Origin: Psychrobacter cryohalolentis K5
GTDB lineage: Bacteria > Pseudomonadota > Gammaproteobacteria > Pseudomonadales > Moraxellaceae
Direction: 5' to 3'
Length of the DNA: 32,000 nt
NCBI RefSeq assembly: GCF_000013905.1
Contig: NC_007969.1
Coordinates: 1-32,000 of the forward strand
This document shows, piece after piece, positions 1-11,500 of the stretch (the first letter of the stretch is position 1; each line of letters starts with the position of its first letter). The translations under genes were made by a program, and so were the position numbers. The notes below the pieces were generated by a model. That model had not been told where the DNA came from, did no database searches, and saw nothing but the letters and a program-made list of their open reading frames with translations.

Positions 1-1
1 G

Positions 2-373
2 TTATTTTTTTTCTATTTTTTTAAAAATATTAATTACTTCCATTTTTATTTCTTTATTACTTAAGCCTTTAACGGAACTTTTAACAATAAAAACAATATC
101 TTTATTTTCTAAGTTACTAGCTTTTACGCGAAACTGTTCACGTACTTGACGTTTAATTAAATTTCGCGCAACAGCAGTAGGCACTTTACGTTTAGTAATG
201 GCCATACCGACTCGAGGCTGCTCATGGGTATTGGTACGCACAAACGCCATTAGATGGCTCTGATGAAGCTTACGCTCAGGTGCATCAAACACCTCACGAA
301 AGGCCGCTGGCGTGAGTAAGCGCTGCGCTTTGGTGAAGCGAGCATTAGGTGGCGCTGAAACAATATTAGACAT
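2..373 (-). CDS. rnpA: Ribonuclease P protein component
   Basis: The track ORF 2..448 contains RnpA-like blocks (RLLTPAAFREVF; basic KRKVPTAVARNLIKRQVREQF) and sits immediately downstream of rpmH as in most bacteria. I trimmed the start to the ATG at 373 (MSNIVSAPPNARF...). The longer ORF begins with TTG inside the rpmH terminator hairpin and adds a hydrophobic segment not expected in RnpA. Confidence 0.85.
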   Translation of the reverse strand: MSNIVSAPPNARFTKAQRLLTPAAFREVFDAPERKLHQSHLMAFVRTNTHEQPRVGMAITKRKVPTAVARNLIKRQVREQFRVKASNLENKDIVFIVKSSVKGLSNKEIKMEVINIFKKIEKK

Positions 374-444
374 AGTACAACCTAGTATAAGAGCTGATAA
401 CAATAGCAGAAATAGTAGCGTAGAAATAATCATAAAGTATAGAG

Positions 445-473
445 ACAAAAAAAGCGCCGATGTGGGCGCTTTT
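445..473 (-). terminator. Rho-independent terminator/attenuator between rpmH and rnpA
   Basis: On the minus strand the sequence reads AAAGCGCC-CACATC-GGCGCTTTTTTT, a GC-rich 8-bp stem followed by a T-run. An attenuating terminator between rpmH and rnpA is known in E. coli. Confidence 0.6.
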
Positions 474-573
474 AATATATGGCTAAGTGTCAGTTGTGAT
501 TATTGACGATCGCAATCTATAAATAATAGAAACACAACAAGCACTATGAGCCATGCTTATCGCAATCTACTGA

Positions 574-708
574 TTATACAGTAAGGCGATGACGTCCTTT
601 AGCGCGGCGACGAGCTAAGACCTGACGGCCTTTTTTAGTTGCCATACGAGCACGGAAACCGTGAGTACGTTTACGCTTGATCACGCTTGGTTGGAATGTA
701 CGTTTCAT
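574..708 (-). CDS. rpmH: 50S ribosomal protein L34
   Basis: Hand translation of the minus strand gives [44 protein letters not shown], 44 aa and near-identical to the L34 consensus. A GGTGAG Shine-Dalgarno lies just upstream. It is absent from the ORF track because it is under 60 aa. Confidence 0.97.
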   Translation of the reverse strand: MKRTFQPSVIKRKRTHGFRARMATKKGRQVLARRRAKGRHRLTV

Positions 709-964
709 AACTCACCTATCAAAATAATGGACTAAATTCGTAATAACGGAGGATTATATCATTGCATAGGATGTGGGTCAATAAACTATTCACTACGTTT
801 TAAAGCAGCGTTATATTGCTCTTCGATTTTTTACTTTTTGTAGAAAGCTGATGGATTTTAAAAACTCATCTAAGAAGTTAGTCATCCTTTGCGTACTTGA
901 TGAATTTACTACTGTAAATCTTATTATCTAGTTTGAAAACAATTTGTATTATTGGCGATGATTT

Positions 965-1210
965 TTAAAGTTATCCACAATTTTGGTTGATTCTTATAAT
1001 AATTAATTGATTAATATATATAGATATTGTTGTTATTGGGGTACTGTTTTTCTGTGGCTAAGTGTTGATTTTCCTTTATAATCAAAAATTTAAGCTATGG
1101 GTAACCCTGTGTATAACCTGTGGGTGAAATATGGATAACTTAATATGATTACTTATACACAAAAATATCCACAGGCTTATCCCCAGAAAACAAGGTTTTA
1201 TCCACAGGTT
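965..1210. other. Chromosomal replication origin (oriC): DnaA-box cluster plus AT-rich unwinding region
   Basis: DnaA-box 9-mers: TTATCCACA at 971..979 and 1198..1206; TTATACACA at 1153..1161 and inverted at 1108..1116; ATATCCACA at 1165..1173; TTATCCCCA at 1177..1185; TTATCCATA inverted at 1130..1138. A very AT-rich stretch (~985..1050) lies between them. The rpmH/dnaA intergenic location is typical of gammaproteobacterial origins of the Pseudomonas type. Confidence 0.85.
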
Positions 1211-1364
1211 ATTTGTGGTAGATTACTCCCCTATAAGATATAAGGTGTTAGTGTACTTTGTAATAGGTTGTTTAACGTAAACCTCAACGCCTTTTTAAAC
1301 CTAATTCGATCCATTCTTACAATAAAAAATGCTAATACTTTGAACTATAGGGCTACTGATATTC

Positions 1365-2810
1365 ATGATAGATACAGCAAATATTTGGGATAAATGCCTA
1401 AACGACTTACGTTATCATGTCAAAGATAACGTGTTTACCATGTGGTTAAGACCATTGTCAGCTCATCAAGAAAACAACACTTTAATCATTCTTGCACCTA
1501 ATGATTACTTTGTAACTTACATCAAAAAGAACCACTTAGAGGATATTCAGCAGCTGGTTGCTAAGCATAGTCAGGGAAGTATTGAAGAAGTTATTGTACG
1601 TGTTGATAATGCTGGTCGCGATATCGATGATAGTAGCTCGCTGCAATCGGGATCATTATTCTCAGAAGATAACCTCTCCCCTACCCCTTCAAATCATGAT
1701 TTTGAAACGATTCATCATAATAATGCTAAAGCAGATATCGATGCCAATATGCGTCATGCGGAAGCCATTGACTCTGCTGATGCGAAATCCTTAAATTATT
1801 TAAATCCTGATTTTACCTTTGAAACCTTTGTCACAGGTAAGTCTAACAATCTTGCTTATAAGGCGTGCTACGAGCTTGGTAAACGTCAATCAAAAAATCG
1901 TCACAATCCTTTGTTTATATATGGACCTTCTGGTTTGGGGAAAACCCATTTAATGCATTCAGTAGCACATCGCTATTTAAAAAACAATCAAAATTTTTAT
2001 TATTTCACTTCTGAAAAATTTATTAATCAATTGGTTTATTCATTAAGAAATAATAAAATAGAAGATTTTAAAAAGAAAATAAAAAAAGTAGATTTATTAA
2101 TAGTAGATGATATTCATGTATTAGCTGGAAAGACTAAAAGTAGTAATGAGTTTTTAACATTGTTTGCAGATTTTACTAGTGGTGATAAACAGCTGATTTT
2201 GGCATCTGATCGGCATCCATCACAAATGACTGAATTTGACGAGCGCTTTAGATCTCGTTTTTCTTGGGGCTTAACGGTCGCAGTTGATCCGCCTGAAATT
2301 GATACGCGCGTACAAATCTTACAAAGGAAAGCCGCCTCTTATGGAATGAGCCTTCCTAAAGAATGTGCGTTATTCATCGCTCAAAATGTTGTTTCTAATG
2401 TGAGACGTTTAGAAGGTGCTTTAAACCAGGTATTTGCCAATGCTAACTTAACCGGCGCCCCTATTACTCTTGAAATGGTGCAATATGCCTTAAAAGATAT
2501 TGTTGCCATGCGCGTACAAGCCGTCAATATGGATAATATTCGTAAAGTGGTCGCTGAATATTATGATGTGACGATTAAGGATATGCTCGGTCGCAAGCGT
2601 ACGCGTAGTATTGCTAGACCTCGCCAAATAGCGATGGCACTATCACGAGAGTTGACCAGCGAGAGTTTTCCTGAGATTGGGCAGTCTTTTGGAGGACGCG
2701 ACCACACAACAGTGATGCATGCTTGTGATAAAGTGAATGAATTACGTGCCGCCGATCCAGCGTTTGACAAGGATTACAAGACCCTAGCTTTGATGCTGCA
2801 AGCTGGTTAG
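1365..2810 (+). CDS. dnaA: Chromosomal replication initiator protein DnaA
   Basis: 481 aa. Walker A is GPSGLGKTHL, Walker B is DLLIVDDIH, and the C-terminal DNA-binding helix region is GGRDHTTVMHACDKV. Position is next to oriC and upstream of dnaN. Confidence 0.98.
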   Translation: MIDTANIWDKCLNDLRYHVKDNVFTMWLRPLSAHQENNTLIILAPNDYFVTYIKKNHLEDIQQLVAKHSQGSIEEVIVRVDNAGRDIDDSSSLQSGSLFSEDNLSPTPSNHDFETIHHNNAKADIDANMRHAEAIDSADAKSLNYLNPDFTFETFVTGKSNNLAYKACYELGKRQSKNRHNPLFIYGPSGLGKTHLMHSVAHRYLKNNQNFYYFTSEKFINQLVYSLRNNKIEDFKKKIKKVDLLIVDDIHVLAGKTKSSNEFLTLFADFTSGDKQLILASDRHPSQMTEFDERFRSRFSWGLTVAVDPPEIDTRVQILQRKAASYGMSLPKECALFIAQNVVSNVRRLEGALNQVFANANLTGAPITLEMVQYALKDIVAMRVQAVNMDNIRKVVAEYYDVTIKDMLGRKRTRSIARPRQIAMALSRELTSESFPEIGQSFGGRDHTTVMHACDKVNELRAADPAFDKDYKTLALMLQAG

Positions 2811-2970
2811 AAGGCTCTACTATTACTATATTTTAGTAGATAGATATGGTTTATAATGTTGAAAACGGGCGTATACAGACCCCTAATAGATTATCGTAAG
2901 TAGACAGGGTATATTAAGTCAATATTCTTTATTTTTACAAAAAGAATCAATCAAATAAGAGTAACTAAGC

Positions 2971-4146
2971 ATGCAATTATCGATTAATCGAGAGTCGTTA
3001 CTAAAAGCCATTAACTTGATCGCCAAGGCTGCTGATAAACGCCATAATATGGTTATTTTGGGTAATATCAAGCTACAGCTATTTGAATCAGAGCTTGTTT
3101 TGACCGCTTCTGATTTAGAAGTAGAGCTGACATCGACGTTAAAATTGCCTGCTGGAGCTTGTGTTGAAGCAGGTACGACGACATTGCCTGCCACTAAATT
3201 AAGAGATATCTGTAAATCTTTGCCTGCTCAAGCACAAGTCAGTCTGATAACTCAAGAAAACCAACGCTGCTTATTGACCAGTGGCAAAAGTCGTTTTACC
3301 TTAGGTACATTGCCTAGCGAAGACTATCCAAGTTTGGGTAACCCTGAAAATATCACGCCATTGACGATTAGCCGTAGTCGTCTTATTGATTTGATTCATA
3401 AGACCCAATTTGCGATGGCGATTCAAGATGTCCGTTATTATCTAACGGGTATGCTATTTGATGTATCACAGCAGCAGTTAACGACGGTTGCAACCGATGG
3501 TCATAGACTGGCATTAGCACGTAGTGTTATTGAAGTCAGTGCTGATTTAAGTATGCAGGCTATCTTGCCACGTAAGGCTGTAATTGAGCTTGAGCGTTTG
3601 GCTACCGAGCTGGGCAAAATGCTTGGTGATAAAGACAATGCCGTCACGTTGAGTTTCGGTCGTGAATTTTTGCAAGTGAGCTTACCATTTGGTGACGTTG
3701 ATAGTGCAGGGCAGGTTAGTCAGGATTTGATGGTGACTTTTACCGCGCGTCTGATTGATGGTAAGTTTCCTGATTATCGCCGTGTGATGCCTAGCAATAC
3801 AGACAAACTTGCTCTATTTAATCAAGAGAAAATGATGGATGTGCTGCGCCGTGTCGCGATTTTGAGTAATGAGAAGTCTCGTGGCGTAGTATTTAACTTT
3901 GCCAGTGATGGTATGGTAGAAGTACGTGCCAATAACGCTGAGCAAGATGAAGCGGTTGAGATGATTCAAGCTAAGTATCAAGGCGAGCCAATGGAGTTGT
4001 CTTTTAATGCTGCTTATTTACAAGACGTGCTAGGTGTCATCCAAGGCGACTTGCAAATGCATATGAGCCAGTCAAATGCGTCAGTATTGGTTAATCAGTT
4101 AAATGATGAGTTTCATCAGTACGTTATTATGCCAATGCGCATATAA
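2971..4146 (+). CDS. dnaN: DNA polymerase III beta sliding clamp
   Basis: 391 aa. N-terminus is MQLSINRESLLKAI. The sequence has typical beta-clamp blocks (VATDGHRLA, LIDGKFPDYRRV) and ends in MPMRI. Synteny is dnaA-dnaN-recF. Confidence 0.97.
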   Translation: MQLSINRESLLKAINLIAKAADKRHNMVILGNIKLQLFESELVLTASDLEVELTSTLKLPAGACVEAGTTTLPATKLRDICKSLPAQAQVSLITQENQRCLLTSGKSRFTLGTLPSEDYPSLGNPENITPLTISRSRLIDLIHKTQFAMAIQDVRYYLTGMLFDVSQQQLTTVATDGHRLALARSVIEVSADLSMQAILPRKAVIELERLATELGKMLGDKDNAVTLSFGREFLQVSLPFGDVDSAGQVSQDLMVTFTARLIDGKFPDYRRVMPSNTDKLALFNQEKMMDVLRRVAILSNEKSRGVVFNFASDGMVEVRANNAEQDEAVEMIQAKYQGEPMELSFNAAYLQDVLGVIQGDLQMHMSQSNASVLVNQLNDEFHQYVIMPMRI

Positions 4147-4167
4147 TCTATTCTTTAAATGATAGAT

Positions 4168-4289
4168 GATTAGGGTTGAAAATTATAATTGTTATGGATT
4201 TTAACCCTAATCATATCGATAATTTTAAGCTTCCAAAGCTTAAAATCTTATATTTTAATTAAACTTTTGCCTGCTAAAATACAAGCAGG
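4168..4289 (+). promoter_or_regulatory. Three consecutive hairpins in the dnaN-recF spacer
   Basis: GATTAGGGTT...AACCCTAATC at 4168..4212; a perfect 11-bp stem ATTTTAAGCTT-cca-AAGCTTAAAAT at 4222..4246; CCTGCT-N9-AGCAGG at 4270..4289. Function is unknown (partial terminator, processing site or protein-binding site). Confidence 0.35.
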
Positions 4290-4312
4290 ATTTATAGGCG
4301 GCTGTCGGTATT

Positions 4313-5521
4313 ATGATTGAACGTCTACAAATCTCTCACTTGCGCAATTTAACGCACATCAATTTATCGCCTGCAGCTTGTAATGTTATTATCGGCGCTA
4401 ATGGCAGTGGTAAAACCTCGTTACTTGAAGCTATATTCTTGTTATCAAGAGGCAAAAGTTTCCGTCATCATCAGCCTAAACGCTATATCCAACATTATCA
4501 AGAGTCTGCCACTATACATGCTAATCTCAATGACAGCCGTACCTTAGCTATCCAAAAGAAAGCAGATGCAACGACTATTCTGCGTTTAAATCAAACCACC
4601 GTTTACAACCAAAGCATCTTGACCGAGCAGCTACCAACATTGCTTATAGATCCATCAACGATGGACATGCTAGAGCAGGGTAGTGCCAGTCGTCGCCAGT
4701 TATTGGATTGGTTAGTGTTTCACATGAAACAAGGCTTCCATTCCCAGTGGGTTGCTTATCAACGTCTTCTAAAACAGCGCAATAGTTTGTTAAAGCAACG
4801 GCGTCATTTGACTCAGGTTCAGCTTGCTGAGCTTAAGGCTTGGGATAAAGGGCTTTCCAGTCATGCAGCGCTGATTCATCACTACCGTCAAGCTATATTT
4901 GAAGCTTGGCAGCCTTATTTTTCTAAGAGCATTGCACAGTTATTGCCTGCTTATGCTGAGCAGTTAAGCTTAAGTTACAATGCGGGCTACGATACTGGTA
5001 TAGCGCTCGACATACAGCTTAATGAACGCCTAGAGCAGGATTTGCAGTTGGGTTATACCCGTATTGGTAACCATCGTGCTGATATTCACGTGCATTGGCG
5101 CTCGATAGGCTCAAGACAGATAGCTGATGAGAATCTAAACTCACCTTTATCAGCGGATTCGACTGTTAAACTGCCTATTTTAAAAGAGCAAGCAGCTAAT
5201 ATTTTATCTCGTGGAGAAAAAAAACTATTGATTACGGCATTGCGTTTATCACAATTACCATTGTTGCTTAATGCTAAAACTAATAGCGAGCTATATAACA
5301 GTGACGCTAAATTAAGTGCTACACCAGTGGTATTACTAGATGATATTACCGCAGAGCTAGATAATAAGGCGATAGAGATTTTATTATCAACATTAGCACA
5401 GCTACCATGTCAGGTATTTGTGACCAGTTTGACAGACAGTATTTTACCTTTAGTACATGAATATTGGGAAAAATCTCAAGTGTTTCACATGAAACAAGGA
5501 GGTATTTTACCAGCTCAGTAG
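4313..5521 (+). CDS. recF: DNA replication and repair protein RecF
   Basis: 402 aa. N-terminus is MIERLQISHLRNL, Walker A is GANGSGKTSLLEA, the ABC signature-like motif is LSRGEKKLL, Walker B is VVLLDDITAELD, and the C-terminal block is VFHMKQG. Confidence 0.95.
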   Translation: MIERLQISHLRNLTHINLSPAACNVIIGANGSGKTSLLEAIFLLSRGKSFRHHQPKRYIQHYQESATIHANLNDSRTLAIQKKADATTILRLNQTTVYNQSILTEQLPTLLIDPSTMDMLEQGSASRRQLLDWLVFHMKQGFHSQWVAYQRLLKQRNSLLKQRRHLTQVQLAELKAWDKGLSSHAALIHHYRQAIFEAWQPYFSKSIAQLLPAYAEQLSLSYNAGYDTGIALDIQLNERLEQDLQLGYTRIGNHRADIHVHWRSIGSRQIADENLNSPLSADSTVKLPILKEQAANILSRGEKKLLITALRLSQLPLLLNAKTNSELYNSDAKLSATPVVLLDDITAELDNKAIEILLSTLAQLPCQVFVTSLTDSILPLVHEYWEKSQVFHMKQGGILPAQ

Positions 5522-5999
5522 CTTTTACTAGGGTATTGATATCTGCGTTATTAAGCCTTATTTTATGTCCTTAAGCGCCCGTCCTCTTGCATATTTCACC
5601 CTCATCTTATACCGCATTCTGCTACTTAGAAATCGTTCCCTAAACAGTGACTTACAGGCAAAAAAATGCTAAAATAGAGCTTTATTTTTGTCCTATTCTT
5701 AGCAAGTTATCTTACCGTTTTATATGGATTTTTATTATTGGTTGTAAGGACTTAAGTTGTTGATAACAATGAATTTGATTCAATATCTTTAAACTTCATA
5801 GTTTTAAGAATAATTGCAGTATGGATCAAATAGAGTATGCAGACCTGACATATTTTTCAATCTGGTTTTTTGCCTCTATATTATTTTCTAAAAAGCTTGG
5901 GCCAACCTTAATAAAGACAGAATATGACTACAAAACGATATTATAGATAGCATCATTAAGTATCACCACTGTGGTGAGCTGATGATAAACAGCTGATAA

Positions 6000-8636
<2,637 letters not shown>

Positions 8637-8660
8637 ATGGCATAATATTGTGAATCAATG

Positions 8661-8698
8661 AAAAACCACCGCTTTGGCAACCAATGCGGTGGTTTTTT
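8661..8698 (+). terminator. Rho-independent terminator of gyrB
   Basis: AAAAACCACCGC-loop-GCGGTGGTTTTTT lies directly after the gyrB stop. Confidence 0.85.
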
Positions 8699-8708
8699 AA
8701 TATTAAGC

Positions 8709-8725
8709 TTGTTTCACGTGAAACT
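8709..8725. repeat. 17-nt palindromic repeat TTGTTTCACGTGAAACT, copy 1
   Basis: This exact 17-mer recurs at 9412..9428. The core GTTTCACGTGAAAC is a perfect 14-bp palindrome. It lies 11 nt after the gyrB terminator and ~25-37 nt upstream of the mntP start. Confidence 0.9.
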
Positions 8726-8748
8726 TAATTGTATAAATGCTTTAAATA

Positions 8749-9342
8749 ATGGATATAGAAATGATCGAAGTTATTTTACTTGCTATAGCATTGGCAATGG
8801 ATGCGTTTGCGGTATCAATTGGTTTAGGCGCTAAGTCCCAAAAACAATCGTCCGCTTATGTTTTACGTTTAGCGGTTTATGCAGCACTGTATTTTGGTAT
8901 CGCACAAGGTGTAATGCCATTGATAGGGTATTTATTGGGTGCAGTATTGCTAGGCTGGTTGGCGACTGCTGCCCCGTGGCTTGGCGGTGGTATCCTTATT
9001 CTGCTTGGCGCTAAGATGTTATATGAAGCTTTTAATGGTGAGATTGAAGCGGTATTAGAAGACAGTTTTGATAGAAATATGCAAGAAAAAATCAATCATC
9101 GCATGATGTTTACACTAGCTATTGCCACCAGTATTGATGCCATGGCAGCAGGATTTACTTTAAATTTACTGGCACTTAATGCGTGGTTAGCATGCTCCAT
9201 CATCGCTATTGTCACCGCTGGATTTGGCTTTTTTGGTATCTATTTAGGTAAGTCTTCTGGAACGTGGCTTGAGGATAAAGCTGAGATACTTGGTGGATTG
9301 GTATTGATAGCCATTGGTATAAAGGTTATGTTTATCCGTTAA
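8749..9342 (+). CDS. mntP: Manganese efflux pump MntP (DUF204 family)
   Basis: 197 aa, multi-TM, with the duplicated MntP signature ([17 protein letters not shown] and [16 protein letters not shown]). An alternative start at 8761 (MIEVILL...) is equally plausible. Confidence 0.88.
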   Translation: MDIEMIEVILLAIALAMDAFAVSIGLGAKSQKQSSAYVLRLAVYAALYFGIAQGVMPLIGYLLGAVLLGWLATAAPWLGGGILILLGAKMLYEAFNGEIEAVLEDSFDRNMQEKINHRMMFTLAIATSIDAMAAGFTLNLLALNAWLACSIIAIVTAGFGFFGIYLGKSSGTWLEDKAEILGGLVLIAIGIKVMFIR

Positions 9343-9377
9343 TAAGCACCATTATTTGGATTAATTCTCTACAATAA

Positions 9378-9414
9378 AAAGCACCCCTTTGATCATTAAA
9401 GGGGTGCTTTTTTG
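9378..9414. terminator. Bidirectional rho-independent terminator (mntP / rlmF convergent)
   Basis: AAAGCACCCCTTT-gatcatt-AAAGGGGTGCTTTTTT. A-runs and T-runs on both sides allow termination in both directions. Confidence 0.85.
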
Positions 9415-9428
9415 TTTCACGTGAAACT
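9412..9428. repeat. 17-nt palindromic repeat TTGTTTCACGTGAAACT, copy 2
   Basis: Exact repeat of 8709..8725, overlapping the T-run at the 3' end of the mntP/rlmF terminator. Confidence 0.9.
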
Positions 9429-9455
9429 ATAGTTATTTATAATCTTAATTATTAT

Positions 9456-10544
9456 TTACTCTTCATCAGTATTAAAACGCCATGCAAGTATACGAGTACT
9501 TTTTTGACCTTGACTCATCTCGATGATACGCATTTGGGCGACACCAAGTTGTTTCAACAGTAATTGCAGAGGTTTTACGTTTTCTGACTTAGATACCAGT
9601 GTCGTAAACCAGCCAACATGCTCAGCGAAATCTTGACTCTCTTTTGCCATTTTGGTTAAAAAGGCAATCTCACCGCCCTCAGACCACAGCTCTTTATGCT
9701 GACCACCAAAGTTTAGGTTTTGCGCGGCATTGCCAGGCTTTGTTGAGCTGCGGCTAATTTGTTCGTTTTCATTCTTACCGCGATGTCGTTGCAAGTTATG
9801 TTGCTTACGACTATTGGCTTCCATCGCTTCTTCTAATGAGGCATGAAACGGCGGATTACAGACCACCACATCAAAGTAATCTTGGCGACCGATGATATTT
9901 TTAAAAATAAATTTAGGTTCGGTCTGTAGTTTGACTTTAACAGCACTTTTTAGCTTTGGATTGGTTTCACAAATCAGCGCGGCGGTATTGACCGAAATAG
10001 GATCAATGTCTGAGGCGGTAAATCGCCAACCGTAGCTTTGGCTACCAACAATCGGATAAATCGCGCTAGCACCCGTGCCAATATCGAGGGCGTGGATTTC
10101 TTTGCCAGTTGGTGGCGTATTGTCTTTATTCACATGCGTGGTTTGCGCGAGCAGGTCAGCGATATAATGGATATAGTCGGCACGACCAGGGATCGGTGGG
10201 CAGAGATAACCTTCAGGAATATCCCAAAATTTCACGCCATAATAATTTGCTAGTAGCGCTTGATTCAAGACGCGCACGGCGGCACTGTCTGAGAAGTTAA
10301 TCGTCGACTCACCTTTAGGATTGGTAATGGTGTGCTTAGCAAGCTCAGGCAAAGCGCGAGTCAATACTTCAAAGTCATAACGACCTTGGTGCGGATTGCG
10401 CGGATGTAGCTGTCCTAATTTTTTGGCAGTTTCAGGCGATCTGTTTCTGTGATTATTGGCGGTCGGGCGACGGTTCATAGGCTTACTGGTCATAGTATCG
10501 GGCTTTGATGTTTGAATATAATGCACCATTTTAGCAGATTTCAT
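9456..10544 (-). CDS. rlmF: 23S rRNA (adenine1618-N6)-methyltransferase RlmF-like
   Basis: Blocks [51 protein letters not shown] and VVCNPPFH match my recollection of E. coli RlmF/YbiN. The protein has a basic N-terminal extension of ~40 aa, so the true start is uncertain (Met at 10544, 10529, 10493 or 10478). Confidence 0.85.
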
Positions 10545-10558
10545 GAGTCACTAGCGTC

Positions 10559-11296
10559 TTATCGACTACGTAAAATAAGATTTAATCCCAATATTATCAT
10601 CGCTGTACCCAATACGCGGTCGATCCAATGTTCAAAACGCTGAAAGCGACGATGAACGGCAGGAATAGACAGTAACATCACCACGGTACTAAACCATGCC
10701 ATCTGCAAGACCATCATCCATACGCCATAAATAGCCAGTTGCCACAGCGGTATATCGGGTGAGAGTACGAGGGTAAATATCGCGACGAAATATACTGGTG
10801 CTTTTGGATTAAACACATTACAAAAAAAGCCACGGCGCAGAATGGCAGTGGTCGATTCAGTATCAGTAGACAGTTTTTTATTAGAAATAGCTTTATCAGA
10901 AAGCGCTGTGTGAGTGATAAGCGTCTTTTGCTTGGCAAGCGTATCTTGTGGAACGTGAGCGCCTGAATCTGTTGGTTCTGCGGAAAGGGCTAAGTCAGCT
11001 GGCTTTTTAGCTTTGGCTTGAATGCCTTGCCATCCTAGATAAATAAGATAACTACCGCCTAACCATTTGATAGCGGTCAATAATGGCTGCGAGTGGGCAA
11101 TCAGCGTTGCCAGTCCTAGCACCGAATAAATAATGTGTACGGCAAGACCCAAGGTAATACCAAGGCTACAAATCAAACCTGTGCGTCGACCTTTTGCCAA
11201 AGTTTGCTGCGAGACCAAAACAAAATCAGGACCTGGAGAGGCGGCAGCGAGTAGATGGACGCTGGTGATAAGCAAAAAACCGTGCCAAAATTCCAT
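10559..11296 (-). CDS. LysE/RhtB-family amino-acid exporter
   Basis: MEFWHGFLLITSVHLLAAASPGPDF... is the typical RhtB N-terminus. I trimmed the start to the ATG at 11296. An unusual hydrophilic insertion of ~60-70 aa (KAKKPADLALSAEPTDSGAHVPQDTLAKQ...STDTESTT) sits in the central loop. Confidence 0.8.
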   Translation of the reverse strand: MEFWHGFLLITSVHLLAAASPGPDFVLVSQQTLAKGRRTGLICSLGITLGLAVHIIYSVLGLATLIAHSQPLLTAIKWLGGSYLIYLGWQGIQAKAKKPADLALSAEPTDSGAHVPQDTLAKQKTLITHTALSDKAISNKKLSTDTESTTAILRRGFFCNVFNPKAPVYFVAIFTLVLSPDIPLWQLAIYGVWMMVLQMAWFSTVVMLLSIPAVHRRFQRFEHWIDRVLGTAMIILGLNLILRSR

Positions 11297-11500
11297 AAAA
11301 TGCTCTGAGTCATGTCTTGAGTTGGATAATAGTTGCACATTAGCGTAAATGAGGTCAACTGATATTGATATCACCGCTGATATGGTGCTTGCGTTACACC
11401 GAACGTATGTCTATATTGAAAGGAAGGTTTATTAGCTGTAGTAATATCAATTTAGTGTAATTTGTACTCTATAAATGAATGCTTTAAAAAGGATAAGACC

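Noticed and set aside
373-448. An in-frame upstream extension of rnpA encodes a lipoprotein-like signal peptide (…LLFLLLLSALILGC).
   Set aside because: The extension starts at a TTG that lies inside the rpmH terminator hairpin. RnpA is a cytoplasmic RNA-binding protein, and the ATG at 373 gives a product of normal length (~123 aa). The extension is most likely an untranslated ORF-caller artefact.
312-506. 64-aa plus-strand ORF antisense to rnpA.
   Set aside because: It overlaps a well-supported gene and a terminator. It has no Shine-Dalgarno and no recognisable motifs.
5821-5946. 41-codon ORF (MDQIEYADLTYFSIWFFASILFSKKLGPTLIKTEYDYKTIL) in the recF-gyrB spacer.
   Set aside because: It has no Shine-Dalgarno, sits in an AT-rich context where such ORFs arise by chance, and has no recognisable family. 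It cannot be supported from sequence alone.
8699-8760. Possible yybP-ykoY Mn riboswitch upstream of mntP.
   Set aside because: Only ~50 nt separate the gyrB terminator from the mntP start. That is far too short for the ~100+ nt riboswitch, and I did not see its conserved motifs.
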